A stretch of DNA of 248,000 bases, from assembly GCA_029953675.1 (NCBI GenBank), contig JAMWBK010000004.1:1012001-1260000 (forward strand), written 5' to 3'. Within the stretch, counting starts at the first letter, position 1, and every line of letters starts with the position of its first letter. Origin of the DNA: Rhodosorus marinus CCMP1338. Its lineage: Eukaryota > Plantae > Rhodophyta. The position numbers and the translations under genes were made by a program. The notes below the pieces were generated by a model. That model made no database searches and had not been told where the DNA came from. It saw only the letters and a program-made list of their open reading frames with translations. This document shows, one piece after another, positions 157,696 to 170,200 of this stretch.

Positions 157696-159812
157696 CTAAA
157701 CCGGGATAAGCATCAGCTCACACCTACTAGTCTTCTTTCTTGATCCTTCTGCTTCAACCTGCCCCTTCGCCGAAACCATTAGACAGCCGGCGTTTCCCTT
157801 CGTGTTTACGGGAGTTAGTATGGTATAGCCGTTTGTCGTGATAGTCACCTCAAAATGGGTCGCTTGCCAGGGCGTTGCAATGGCAAATATCCTGTTGGTT
157901 TCGAGGCTTGTGCCAGAAGCCACAAGGTACATTCCAGCTTTTGCTTTGAGGATAACGAGTCCCTTATCTATTATTGGGCCGCCCTCAAAGGACGTTCCCT
158001 CCTCTGGCAAAACTTGGAAGACAAACCGATCCCTGAAGCCTTGCAATGGAAACGTCTCCCTCTCTGCTACGATTTCTGAGTATTTCGGCGTAGTCTCCCA
158101 CAGTTTGTTCTGAAAGCTATCACGAATCACGACTTCGCTCCCCATTGAAGGGTAACCCGAACGAATCCTCGAGACTTTCATCTTACTAGCTGCCGATTTG
158201 CGTATCTTAGCCTCGATTCTCTCCTGCCATGCTAATCTGAGGTACCCATACTTTTCGACTCTAGATTGAAAAGCAAGCGACGTCCACCCGAAATCCTTAA
158301 TCTGAAACCAGAATCTCTCCGGAAGACTTGAAACATAGAATAAGAACCGATAGTTATCTACAGCTTTCAGTAACACCCTCGACGCAGGGTCGGGGAACCC
158401 AATTGAGGCGACCAAGCCGGTTTTCGCGCTGGCAGTACAATCGAGCCCTCGCTCCCAGATGACGCAGCTTGTTCGGGAATAGCTGACACAACCATCCACT
158501 GTGCGGAGATGTCGGTGGTATTAGAGTCTGCTTTGACTCCGTTGGCTACCGCTATATAAAATTTGTTCTTCACAACTTGGATTGCGATAGTGTCACCAGG
158601 ATTAACATCTTGTCCGGTTTCGATATCCTTTGGTTCCCGGAAATCAGCAGTTACGAGCTCGTGGATAGATGTTCCAAGATATGTATGGGTCAGGTACCCA
158701 CGACTGCTCCTCCTCGCGCAGTCACCGTATGGTGATACGAAATCCCATTCGACCAGGCCATTTTCGCTCACCTTGACAAACCATGACCCCGTTCCCTCCG
158801 CCATCTTGTCGCCTCCTTTTGGTGAATCAGAGCTTCCTACTAGAAGAAGGCCACCATCCTCTTCAGCAACAATCGACTGGAGAGTCTCATCTCCACTGGT
158901 CTGAACCGTCCTTTCCAATAAATGTACCCCTTCAGGAGACAATGTGTATATCCTATAAGCACCTGCTTTCACTTTGCCACCACCAGGAGAGATTTCGCTG
159001 TACCCTGTAGTGCATCCAATATAGTAGTTACCGGCCGTCGATAACGCGGGCCTTAAGTTTCGTGCTGCCCTACAGCCCCTGCTCAAGTAGCGGAGCCACA
159101 CTTTCTCGCCTCTTATGTTATACTTGGCGACCGCCACACGATTTTCAGAGTCATTGACTGCAATGATTACGCTCTCGTTCTCAACTTCAAGAATTCCACC
159201 GCCACGGGGAACATCGTAGTTCCTGGGAATCACAGCGGGCATTTCAAACAAAGGCTTCCCGTCGGCGCTATACTTTACGGGAAGGTAGTCGTCTGACACC
159301 ACGGATCCATCCCTTAGCACAACGACATCACCAACAGAGTCATCTTGATGATGTACGAATGGTGCATACCAGAGACTGCTCCCAGTTGAGCTATATCTCG
159401 TGATCAAGCCTCCAGCGAAATCTTTGAATTCATCTTTCTGCTGGGGAAAAGCTTTTGCGTATTCCTCAATTGGATCTAAACCGCCGCTTTCATATCCCTT
159501 CGCTACAAAGCCACCCTCTTCACTCGTCGCAACCCTTTCACATCCATTCCATCGTATCCTATTCTTGACAAGAGCTCGAAGAGTATCCCTCCCTTGCACA
159601 AAGTACGTGCAACGCGACTTTGGTGGTCTAGAGCCAGCAATCCCCCGAGAAACGCCAGCAAAGTTTCCATCGGGTAAGGTCCAAACATCTACTAAATGAG
159701 GGAGAATCTTCCCTTCATCTGAGAAGGTCAGAAGAAAGTCCTTCACCTCCCCATCCACAACAACAGCAGCAACCGCCACAATAACCGCCCAAAAGAATCC
159801 ATACCCCCTCAT
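157696..159812 (-). pseudogene. Paralog of the 47.4-49.3 kb propeller/trefoil protein, split by a frameshift near 158430
   Basis: Two overlapping ORFs (158367-159872, 157696-158499) align consecutively to the 644-aa paralog; could be an assembly indel. Confidence 0.7.
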
Positions 159813-162800
159813 TTTAAGATTCTCCAGCGCCCTCCCCCTGGTAACCATATGATCAACCACAAACCTCCCCACGACAAATCTGTTTCAACTCATAGAACTC
159901 ACCCTCTCTCCTCCCTTCCCAACCCTTCTCAACCCCCTCAACCCTTAGAATAAATACTCTCAAATCGGACACCTAACAATACCGGATCTTACCGTTCCCA
160001 AACTAAGCTAGTGCGCCATGAGAAAAAATACTAAGGAGCCCTTTGACCGAAGTTAAAAGCTTTACCCTAAAAGCATTAAAACAAATTCATTCAAGACTAT
160101 GTCACCAAAGCAAAGCATATCTCGTCCCCGAAGGTATAACCCCCCCCGCGCGCATGCGCACTCTCCGAGCTATTGGTCCGAGGGCATGTCCACTGAGGAT
160201 ACACACATAGACAAAACCCAAGAATTGGCTGTTCTTCAAAGAATTAGCAGTCAAGAAATTCTACAGAAAACATAAAATAGTTTCTTAAATTTATTACTGT
160301 TAATTGAGAAACTAGATACCACGTGAAATATATATGAATTCATAGTTTGTGTATATTAATTTCCAAAATAATATCTTGTATGGTCTGAATATTTCTTTTA
160401 TACAGTTCGCCGCTGCTAATGGATTGGGAAGTGTGTTGACTATTGATTTTTTTGTTTAGTTTCCGCGATGGATTGGAAGTGGTGTATTGATGATTGACTT
160501 TTTTGTTCAGTTCCACTAAACAAATCTCCCGATTGAAGAAAAGCACCTCTAGGGAAGAGAAACCGACTACGCCCGGCTGGCGAGAAGGGGTATCGCGCGC
160601 TTTTCGAGTATCAAGTCAGCGTTGAAACAGCATAGCAGGAAACTTTGACGGGTAAACAAGCGAGGAGAGGTTGTCAGGGCGCTCGCGGAACAACTCCCGA
160701 AAGCCAACGAGATTCAACGGAATCCGTAAAACAAAACACTAAATGACCCGAGGTACCGGGTGATGAGCAAAAGCCGAAGCGCGAATGACCGGGGGCAAGA
160801 CAAAGCCCCGGCCATATTTGCCAGCCTGAATTAATGGATTTGTGAAAGATTGTCAAGTTGCTTTCTCAAAGGGGTAAATATTCATGAAACCTCCTGGGTT
160901 GAATGAATTTTGAATTAATATTCAAGGCTCCCACTTTTTTGAGAAGGGGGTGTAAAGACCCAACCAACAAGTTGGGTCTTTACACCCCCTGACGTACGTA
161001 GAAAAGAGTTGGGCCAACCTTTGAGGAGGTGGGAAACACCATCAAAATTTTATTTCATTACACTGATTTGATCACTCATGTCCCAATATTCACCTGGTCC
161101 CCCTCCCGCCCCCCTTTACTTCCCCTTTCCCTTGCCACACAGACCATTCTTTCCTGTCAGTTTACCCTCTGGTCACCTTGTGCGGAACGTCCAAGGCAGC
161201 CATGTTTCATCGAGGAGAGGCGGTCAGAGGGCCGTGCTCAGAATTTAGATTGCTTACTTCTGCGGAGCACCTCTTTTACGCCTCCACAAAGAAGTTAAAT
161301 ACGCGCTGGCTTTGCCTTCCCCTGGAATTCGAGCTTCGGCTTTTGCTCATCGTCTAGTACCCTTGGTAGTTGGGTGTCCCCGATTGCTTCGCGGGGGACT
161401 GTTCCGCGAGCGCCGCGACCGGCTTTCCACGTTGTTAACCCGTTTGAATTTTCTGTTGTGGCGTATGAGCGCTGCCTTGGTGTTCGAGGCGCGTGATCTT
161501 CACCTTTCCTAGAATTGTTTTCCCCTCGACTTTTTTTTTCAGTCTCCAAATAAACAGATTCATCTCCACTGAAAGACATCAAGCCAGGGTTTTAGTCCCC
161601 CTAAGGCTCCCTTCACAAGACAAACGAAAATGCTTACTAAATTTTTTGTTAGCTTTTTACGCACTGTAGCGAAATTTTGGTGTGCATTTTTTTCTGGAAT
161701 GAATGGTTTAATGGCGCATTCGTTGAGCATCCGGTAAATTCTGGATTTAGATTGGTGAAAATATATCACAAAATGGATGTTGGGATTTGTTGGGCTTTAC
161801 TAGGATTTGTTTGCATCGATCGAAGTGAAAATGGGAGACAGAGTATATCTACCACACGCCGGCTAATCTAGTGGAAGAGCTATGTATGAAGGGCAAACCG
161901 GTCTTGAAGTTGAATGTGAGAAGTCCTTGCCTGTGGTGGACTAGTAGAGTGAAGGGATCCGTGTTCCCGACCTCGTTGTCACCTGTGAAGATAGCCAACG
162001 AACTACGTACGTTGACCTCGCTGTTCTCAATCCCCAGGCTATCCGTTATCTGCTGGTTGCGATGGAGCGCTGTGGATCTGCAGATGCAACTATGCGACGG
162101 CACAAGGAAGGGAAATACGCCGGGACTTTGTCTTCCCTGGAATTCGAGCTTCAGCCTTAGGTCATCGCCTGGTAATCTTGTTAGTTGAGTGTTTCGGATT
162201 TATGGACTCCGTTGGTTCCAGCTGGATTCGCGAATTGTTCCACGAGCGCCGCGACCGGCTTTCCTTGTTGTTAACCCGTTTGAGTTTCCGGGGTTGTGGC
162301 CGTATGAACGCTGCTTTAATGGTGGAGGCGCGTGATCTTCGCCTTCAGCAGTCTTTTTTTCCAGGCTCCGAATAAGCACATTGATTCAAACCACCCCCCC
162401 ACGCCTCATCTACAAACACAAACAATGCCCTCAGTGCAAACGCTTCAGGGTACCTAGCAAATCCATCGAATTCATTCAGTCTAGCGAAGTTTTGGGTGGA
162501 ACGGCGTATTGTTTGACCATCCCGCAAAATCTGGATTTAGTTCGTCGATTCAGATCTCAAAATGGATGCCGAGAGTCATTTTTCTCAGCAAGCGTTTACA
162601 ATCGAATCGATTTCAAGCCGTATAAAGGCTATGCTAGTAAAGTCCAGTATAAAGGCTTGTTAGAGTTGCTGATGGATTTGACGTCCCTGTACATGTCCCA
162701 GAATCGTGTTGACGGGAACAATGAACGTGCAGACCCTGGATGAAAACGTGTTGAAGCGATAATTATACGCATAGACTCTGAGGTGACTGAGGAGAGCTGG

Positions 162801-163129
162801 AGGAAACGATGTGATACCTGCATGTAAGCCAAACTCGTTGGCGTGCTAGTGAGGGATACTCCAAGACAAGGAACAAGACAGAACAAGCAAAAGGGCAAAT
162901 ACCTGAATTTTGTTAACAGGTTATGAGCATAGCCTGCGATTAAAAACAAATTCGAAGCAAGGCACTAGGAGGGTGGACTAGGTCACATGCTTTTTGAGAT
163001 ATGCCAAACTGACGGGACCCGAGAGACGACATTTACTGCAGAGCACTACTGTTAGACTAAAGCTGACAGGCCTGCACCAGCAGTCTGTTGGGAGGACAAT
163101 AACGAAGGAAAAAGGGTTCAACCCGTGTC

Positions 163130-163840
163130 CCTCCTCAACCTAAACCTAGCAGCAGAAGCTATGCTAGTTACCGGACAGACTATAGATGCTAAAGACCTGA
163201 TGAACAAACTGGAAAAGAAACACGTTGCAAAAAAGATAGCAGCACAAATTGAGAGGTAAGTGAAGATGCTGACGAGAGAGCTGAAACCAGACGAGACAAC
163301 GCTCGGGCTCCTGACGTGCTTGAAGAATATTACTCCGAAATACTCAAGCTCGACACTACAGAGTATAAGCCCATGGAGAGATTGGGTCGCATATGACTGA
163401 TCCTGAAGGACGAAGGAAATTTGCCGAGATCATTGAAGGGTTGAAGAATATCTCCAAGGATCAGCTATGCCCGGAACCATCTATTTCAGCTTTCTCTTCA
163501 GTAGTTTCACTTACCTCTCGATCTGTGTGCTATCGTTTTGTAACATATTTATTTTCCAGTTTGTTCATCAGTTTTTTAGCATCTGTAGTCTGTTCAGCAA
163601 ACAGCGTAGCTTCCGCCTCTAAGATTAGTTTGATAAGCGACGCCGCTTGAACTCCTTTCTCTTCGTTCTCTTCCTTCCCAAAGCCTGCTTCGTGAAGGTC
163701 CGCCAGTTTTTGTCTTTCAGTAATGCTGGCTCTCCGGTACTTGTAGTCGTCGGGTCCCGTCAGCTTGAACCATCTCAGGAAACATGTGACCTAATCCATA
163801 CTCTTTGCTTTGTTTTCATCATCAGCAAATTCTGGATTTA
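163130..163840. mobile_element. Copia gag-like fragments in inverted arrangement
   Basis: Matches 9.5-10.1 kb and 178.56-178.78 kb. Confidence 0.6.
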
Positions 163841-165108
163841 GATTTTGTTTTATATCACAAAATGTATATTGGGAGTCTTTTCATACATCGACATGAAAAC
163901 AGGGTACAGAGCCTGTCTACCATATGAAGAGAATCTAGTGCAAGCGCTTCACGCCTTACGTAGCGCTTCAGGCTATGCTAGTAAAGTCCAGTGCAAGCGC
164001 TACGTAGGGCGTAAAAAGGAACTAGGAACTAGGGAAAAGCGTGCAACCCCGGGCGGCGCGGTGGCGCGAACTCAGTGAGTATGCTGCTAGAATATCGCCA
164101 GCGAGCGAAGCTTTAACTGCCTAGGAGTCTGAGACATTCAACAAGATGGTCAGTAAAAACGTTTCCGCACTCAGCTGGGTCAAGCACCTATGACTGCTAT
164201 ATTGTGGTGCGTTCATTGAAAGAGCGAAAGAGAGAAAGAGAGAGTGGGGCTGGATAAATGCTTAGCCTCTGCATTAGCCGATCTGAAGACGTTCGAAAAT
164301 TTCGAAGGACATGTCGTCTTACGCTTGGTTTAGCCAACTGTAATGCACATAGTTTAATGCCCTGCTTCTCACCGCCTGAAAGTTGAATGCCGAAATGCTC
164401 GATGTAGAGGGCGATGCTTTCAAACAGCGGTGCTGAGCTGGCAATCAATGTTGCCCCAGCGCGGCTAGTGTACCACGTCACCCATCGCTGATTGAAATCT
164501 TGTGCTGCGGTGCTGTACATGCTCGACAGATTTCAGCAGTATGTGATATTGCGATTTGCTAAGCAAACTGTACTGTCCTCCCCTTCTATCGAACCATACT
164601 CACAACGAGCTGGTAGTGGTGGTGGTTTTTTACTTGCATAGAGTTCAGCGCTACGCAGGGCGTAGTTTAAACTAGGAACGAGGAACGAGGAACGAGGAAC
164701 GAAATTGTGCAAGCAAAGGCGACGGTACAGAGCCTCGGCTAACGTCTAGAATATCGCCATAGGCGACTCTGAACCGGCGATAAGGACAAAATACTGGGCG
164801 GGAAGGTCAGTGAAACATTTACGAAGCCATTCTAACCTTGGATTTTCAAGGTGACCACAGCTTTCCACGATGAAACGCTAAAACCTTTGGGCCCTGCCCT
164901 CAGGAGGAAACTGGCCATCCTTTCCCAGCGTATCGACGCTCCTTCTGTCGGCGGGGCATAGCAGCTGCTGCAACCTGGCATAGCGCAGCAGACCGGAGAT
165001 TGATATTTTGCACTGGGCAAGTGACGGCGAGGTCATCATATTCACAGTGTGGGTCGCACTATCCAAAAATATTAGTCCAACGGATTTATTCGGAAAGTGT
165101 ACTAATAG

Positions 165109-166518
165109 CTAGTTATCTATAATCCCAACAATGTCACCATATAGTCCCAATATTAGGGCCGTCAGTCCAAACATGATTATTACCACGCTAAGTACAGTGA
165201 AAAGATGCTCCTTTCCCTTTCTCTCTCTGGCAAACGTATAAATATCAATACCCGCAGGCCAAAGCATCATGGTCTGAGAGGCAATCAGAGAAGAAATAAG
165301 AGCTAGATAGATCTGAAAAGATGGAATTACAGTATTCACAAGGGTTTCTAGTACAATCACAATGAGGGCCCATAAGAACCACCACAACAACGCCGCAGGT
165401 TTCAAACTCGTCAGTTTTGCAACTTCGTATGGACCGTTGTCTTTGCCAAAAACAATCCGTTTAACAAACGGTTCAGCAGCCCTCTGGACCCCATAGATCA
165501 GCACTTGACCCGTCACAATTACCGCAATCGCTGCGTGTATAACAACACAGACATCGGCTACGATCGCAGCTGCTCCTAGCTGAAGCGAGTTCGTGAATGG
165601 AGACACCAGCCATGTCGCATCTCCCGCAAGCCCGTACACTACAGAACCAGTAGTCGCGTAGAACAGGTATGCAAAGGTCTGAGAAAAGACCAACGAGTAT
165701 GGAAAATTCTTAACAAACTTCATCGCGCTCATAATCTCGAGGAATACGACCGCGCCGGCAAAAGCGTACAGCATATCCATTGCGGCGATTACGCAATCCG
165801 ATGTTCCGTAATACGAAAACAGTACTCGTTGCCCGACCGGATACGCCACTGGATCCTTCACCATGTTCGCAATCACGAAGAAGGAAATTACAACTGGAAC
165901 AATAATACTCACAATGGCGATGATAGAAGTGAACGCCATTGCTTTGAAGCTCCTGAGCTGCAGTACTACAAGTGAGACGAATCCAGCGATGACCATCCAC
166001 TCCGTGAGAGATACTGCGGATCCGCTGAAAAGTGCACTCCATGCTTTAGCTTGCGTGTAGCTGAACGCGGCGGAGTACAAGAATAGGAGTGGGTATGTGT
166101 TGAATCGGGCGAAAACCAACCCCTTCTTCCCAAAGGCACCGTTGAACAATTCCGGGTACGAATGCACTCCTTCGTACTTCTGGTATCGCAAGCGCCAAAG
166201 AAGGAAACCCGCACACATCGAGAGCCCCCAGCACAGCAAAAGAGTAAGATGTCCTGGTATCCATCCTAGCGTCGCGAAAGCGTTTGGAATGCTCAGCACT
166301 CCCGTACCAACCATGTCCACGATCAGCAAAAGCATTGCAAGCGCAACGCTCAGATTCTCGCAGGTGTCATCTACGGCGTCCCCACTCTCTATGTCTTTCC
166401 TGAGTTCCGCTGCTTCCTTCAAGTCATTAAGCGAGTCATCGGTGACATTGCCCACGTCCACAACAACGGCGCTCTTCAAGGTACACTCCTCACCAAGCTT
166501 TGAATCAATTGATGCCAT
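165109..166518 (-). CDS. Amino acid/auxin permease (AAAP, Aa_trans) paralog 1
   Basis: DMVGTGVLSIPNAFATLGW, YAFAG..VFLEIMSAM; about 11 TM segments; intronless. Confidence 0.92.
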   Translation of the reverse strand: MASIDSKLGEECTLKSAVVVDVGNVTDDSLNDLKEAAELRKDIESGDAVDDTCENLSVALAMLLLIVDMVGTGVLSIPNAFATLGWIPGHLTLLLCWGLSMCAGFLLWRLRYQKYEGVHSYPELFNGAFGKKGLVFARFNTYPLLFLYSAAFSYTQAKAWSALFSGSAVSLTEWMVIAGFVSLVVLQLRSFKAMAFTSIIAIVSIIVPVVISFFVIANMVKDPVAYPVGQRVLFSYYGTSDCVIAAMDMLYAFAGAVVFLEIMSAMKFVKNFPYSLVFSQTFAYLFYATTGSVVYGLAGDATWLVSPFTNSLQLGAAAIVADVCVVIHAAIAVIVTGQVLIYGVQRAAEPFVKRIVFGKDNGPYEVAKLTSLKPAALLWWFLWALIVIVLETLVNTVIPSFQIYLALISSLIASQTMMLWPAGIDIYTFARERKGKEHLFTVLSVVIIMFGLTALILGLYGDIVGIIDN

Positions 166519-167289
166519 TTTTCTGCACTATTTTCATTCACAATATGTCTCAGCCACTGATGCCGTCCTAGACAGCAGGTCACTCTTCAACGCTGATGAA
166601 GAGTGACTATAAATCCTCTTCGTGAGAAGTTCGCATAGCGTGCTCGTTCCGGGGCTCGCTGTTGTGTCCGAGGGTAATAGCTGATCTAATCTACTGGAAA
166701 CCTGCAAAATCCCAAAATAGCACCCAAGTACACTCATAGCGCTCCGGGAAAGAGCCCGAAGTGATCAGCCCATTGCGTATGCTTACCGCCGTGAGCTAAG
166801 AGCATATTGGTTTAACTTGCTAGTCGCAATTGGCGGGTTCACATGTTTGTCAATCGATGGAGTTTCTTGACAACATGAGTGGACACATGTTTATCAATCG
166901 ATGGAGTTTCTTGATAAGATGAGTGGACTGCTGACTATCTCAGCTGACAGCAGTCCGTTTCTAACTATCCCGTTTTCCTAGCGCTATATGGGTTGAACTT
167001 CAAAACTCGAGAAAGTCTTCCAAACACGCACAAGTCTCATCTTGTGCTGACTTGTTTCTACGAATATTCCGCAGATCATGTGGTCCGAAATACAACTTGT
167101 TACTCCTAAATTCCATCTGATTGTCACGTAATAATGCTATTCTGGACTGTACACAAATAATATTTCTTAAATAATTAACAGATATCAATATCAGAATACT
167201 CAAAATAAAGTGGCGACACTTAAAAAATTGAAAGCATCCTCACCCCAAGAAAGGAATTACACCTTTCTGTCCCTAATCAGTCTGTCAGC

Positions 167290-170200
167290 AAAGAAGCAGT
167301 TTTTGGTTTCGTGAGGGTGTATGGTGCTGGCTTTTGGTGGTTTTGAGTCGCAATTGTGTTCTTCGGTGGGAGGCGCTTCTTTCTGCAGCCTTTCCCCCGC
167401 ATCTTCTAGTGGTGTGGTGCGTGCTGGGGGTTGCTAGCGCCCCTTGGAGGTCGTGGTGGTTTTTCTTTGGTTGCAAACGTTGGGAACAAGTTCTCTTTTT
167501 GGGGGTTTCGTGGGGGAATCGGTTTTTCACACCTTCCAATCGTTATGGTTGGGGTTTCCCCACCCATTCCGGCGGACGGAGCCGTTCTCTCAGCGCGCGT
167601 GGAGCTCAGCGTGGGCGGGTTTAGTACCGCGGGCACCCTCACGGACTGCGCTGACGAGTTAGCCCATGGGATCTGCTCGAAACTGACGAGTCTTCTTGTG
167701 ACTGCTTCCCAGGAACACCGCCTGCCCCTGCTGATCGCCTATTTGGAGCGCTTCTCCGCCTCCGCGCCTGCCCCATACCCCCCGGTGCCCGTCCCCGCGG
167801 ATCCGCACGGTACAGCGGGGCCTGCCTCCACCCGACCCGAGCGCTCCGCTCCGGTCATTCCTGATTCCGACTGGCCTACCCCTATTCAAGGACAGACGCC
167901 TCCTGGGCCCGCGTCGGGCCCGAATCCTGCTCCCTCCAGTGCCCCACGTGCGACCTATTCGCAGGTCCTACGCAGGGGCTCTTCTGAACAACGCACGACG
168001 GCAATGGTGCGTATGATGCCACAACACATCCCTATTGACTCTTCTCGCCAACTATCTCCGTTCCACTTTGTTTGGATGACGAACGTGCGTCCCCAGACCC
168101 CCTCTCGTGGTCGGGGCCGCGCGCCCGTCCACTACCGCGATTTTCGCGACACCATGGCTTCCTCCCTTGGGGTCGCCCCGTCTGAATTCCTATATGTGGA
168201 CTTCACGGGCCCTCATGCCTGTTTTCTTGTTACTGACTCGGCTTACCAGTTCCTTCAATCCCTTGTAACCACCCCCGCGCCCCAGCGCTCTGCTCTGGCC
168301 AACATGATACTGACTCGTTCTCATGTCTCTTTGTTTGTCGAGTTCGATCGTTTTGACGCCGGCTGGGTTCCACCGTCGGCCTTGCAAAACCTGGATGCCT
168401 CGCAGGTTTCGGTTGTCGCGCTACACACTCATGCGGCGCGGCTCTCGCGCATACAGGCGAGCCTCTTCGCGCGTTTTCCTCCTCGCGGGGTCCTCCGCAC
168501 CGCGCTAGAGGCCTTCCTCTCCACTGAGGCCACCCTGCTGGAAGCCCACCCTGCGTTTGACCTTCTGCCGCCGACTCCTGAGCACCCTTCCTCCCCTCGC
168601 CCTGTCTCCGAGGCTCGTGACACCGACATGGCAGAAGCACCATCGGCCTCTCCCAATCCGCTGGCTCTGGACACCCTCAGTCAAGACTCCGCTGCTGAAA
168701 ACCCTGTGTCTACTTTCTTCAGGTCTTTTAGTTCCTTCGTGCGCCCTCCACGTAAGCGTCGTGCGGCTCCTGAGCCTCCCTCCGAGGCACCTCCTCCGGA
168801 TATTCGATCTGCCTTCCCGACTGAGGGGAGGCCCGATGTCTGAGTCTTCCTCCTCCGCGTGCGTGTCGTCCCGGTTACCCCTGTTTACCAGTGACCGCTC
168901 AGCCTGGCATGAGCGTGTTCTCTCGTGGTTTTCGCACCTTATCGCCTCCTACCCGGACGGTTCCCTTCCCCTTTGTCGTCAGAGCACGGCCGTACGGCTC
169001 CCTCGTCGACTTCATAAGCCCCTAGGATTGGTGTTGGATTTTCTCTGGCAGCAGGTCGCCGCGAACCCTCACTGCTCTCTTCGCTGGGAACTCTTGTTCT
169101 TTTTCCCCGCTTCGTGCTCACATCCTCTACCGTCCCCCTCAACCCACATCCTCGCCGGGTCCACCCTCGCCGAAAACTGCAAATGTTCCTTTCCGGCGAC
169201 TTTGAGGACCTCGAACGTCTTTATTTCGCTTCTCTCTCTTCCTTTTCTCCTAGTGCTTCCTCAGCTTTTAGGTCTTCGCGACAGAATCGGGCGCGTCACG
169301 CGGTGGCAGGCGGTGATCTGCGGCGGGCAGCCGGGATCCTCCAGCAGCGGCAACCTGTGGTTCCATACTCCGATGATCTTTCTTCACCGCTCCGTTTGCT
169401 CTTTCCCTCGGAAGGCTCCCCTTGGGACTCCTCGTTTGAATCAGTGTTGGAAGAGTACCGCGCCGCGCCACATCCCAGTGCGCGGTTAGTGGTCAATCTG
169501 GAGGCGGTGCGTGAGTTGGTTCATGATGCTCCGAAGGGCCGTTCCCCAGGGCCCTCGGGGCTGCGGGTGGAATATCTCCGTTTCTTAAGTGATGAAGGTT
169601 TGAAGGCGTTGGCGTGGGTGGTCGAAGCGCTTGTGAATGGTGATCCCCTGTGTGAGTGTGCGTGGTTCTTGGTCGGGCGTTCGCAGTTGTGTCTGCTTTC
169701 GAAGCCCAGCCAGACGGCCTCGAGCCCTGCTATTCGCCCTATTGGCCTGGTTGAGGTGGTCCGCAAATTGGCGGCGCGATGGTTAGTGAAAATCCTGGTT
169801 CCCGAATCCCGCCGTTTCTTTGGGCACGTGCAGTTAGGCGTGGGCTATCGTGGTGGCTGTGAGTTGTTGTCTGTTTTACTCCGTTCGGAAATGGCGTACT
169901 CCCCAGATTCTGGGCTCCTCTCTGTAGATTTTACCAATGCGTTCAACCGCATCTCTCGTCCGGCTCTCATGCACGTGGTGCGCGAAGTCTTCCCTGTAGG
170001 CTTTCCCTTTGTTAGTAGACTTTATTCTCCGCTTGGTCGTGGGGCTACCTATGACACCCTTGGCGCTTCCTCACACACGTTTGCGGCGCGCACAGGGGTA
170101 CAACAGGGTGATCCCTTGTCCCCTTTCCTACATGCCTGTGGACTACAACTCGTCTTGCTTTGTCTTCGCTCCGAATTCCCGCAGGTTCGTACGGTTGCAT

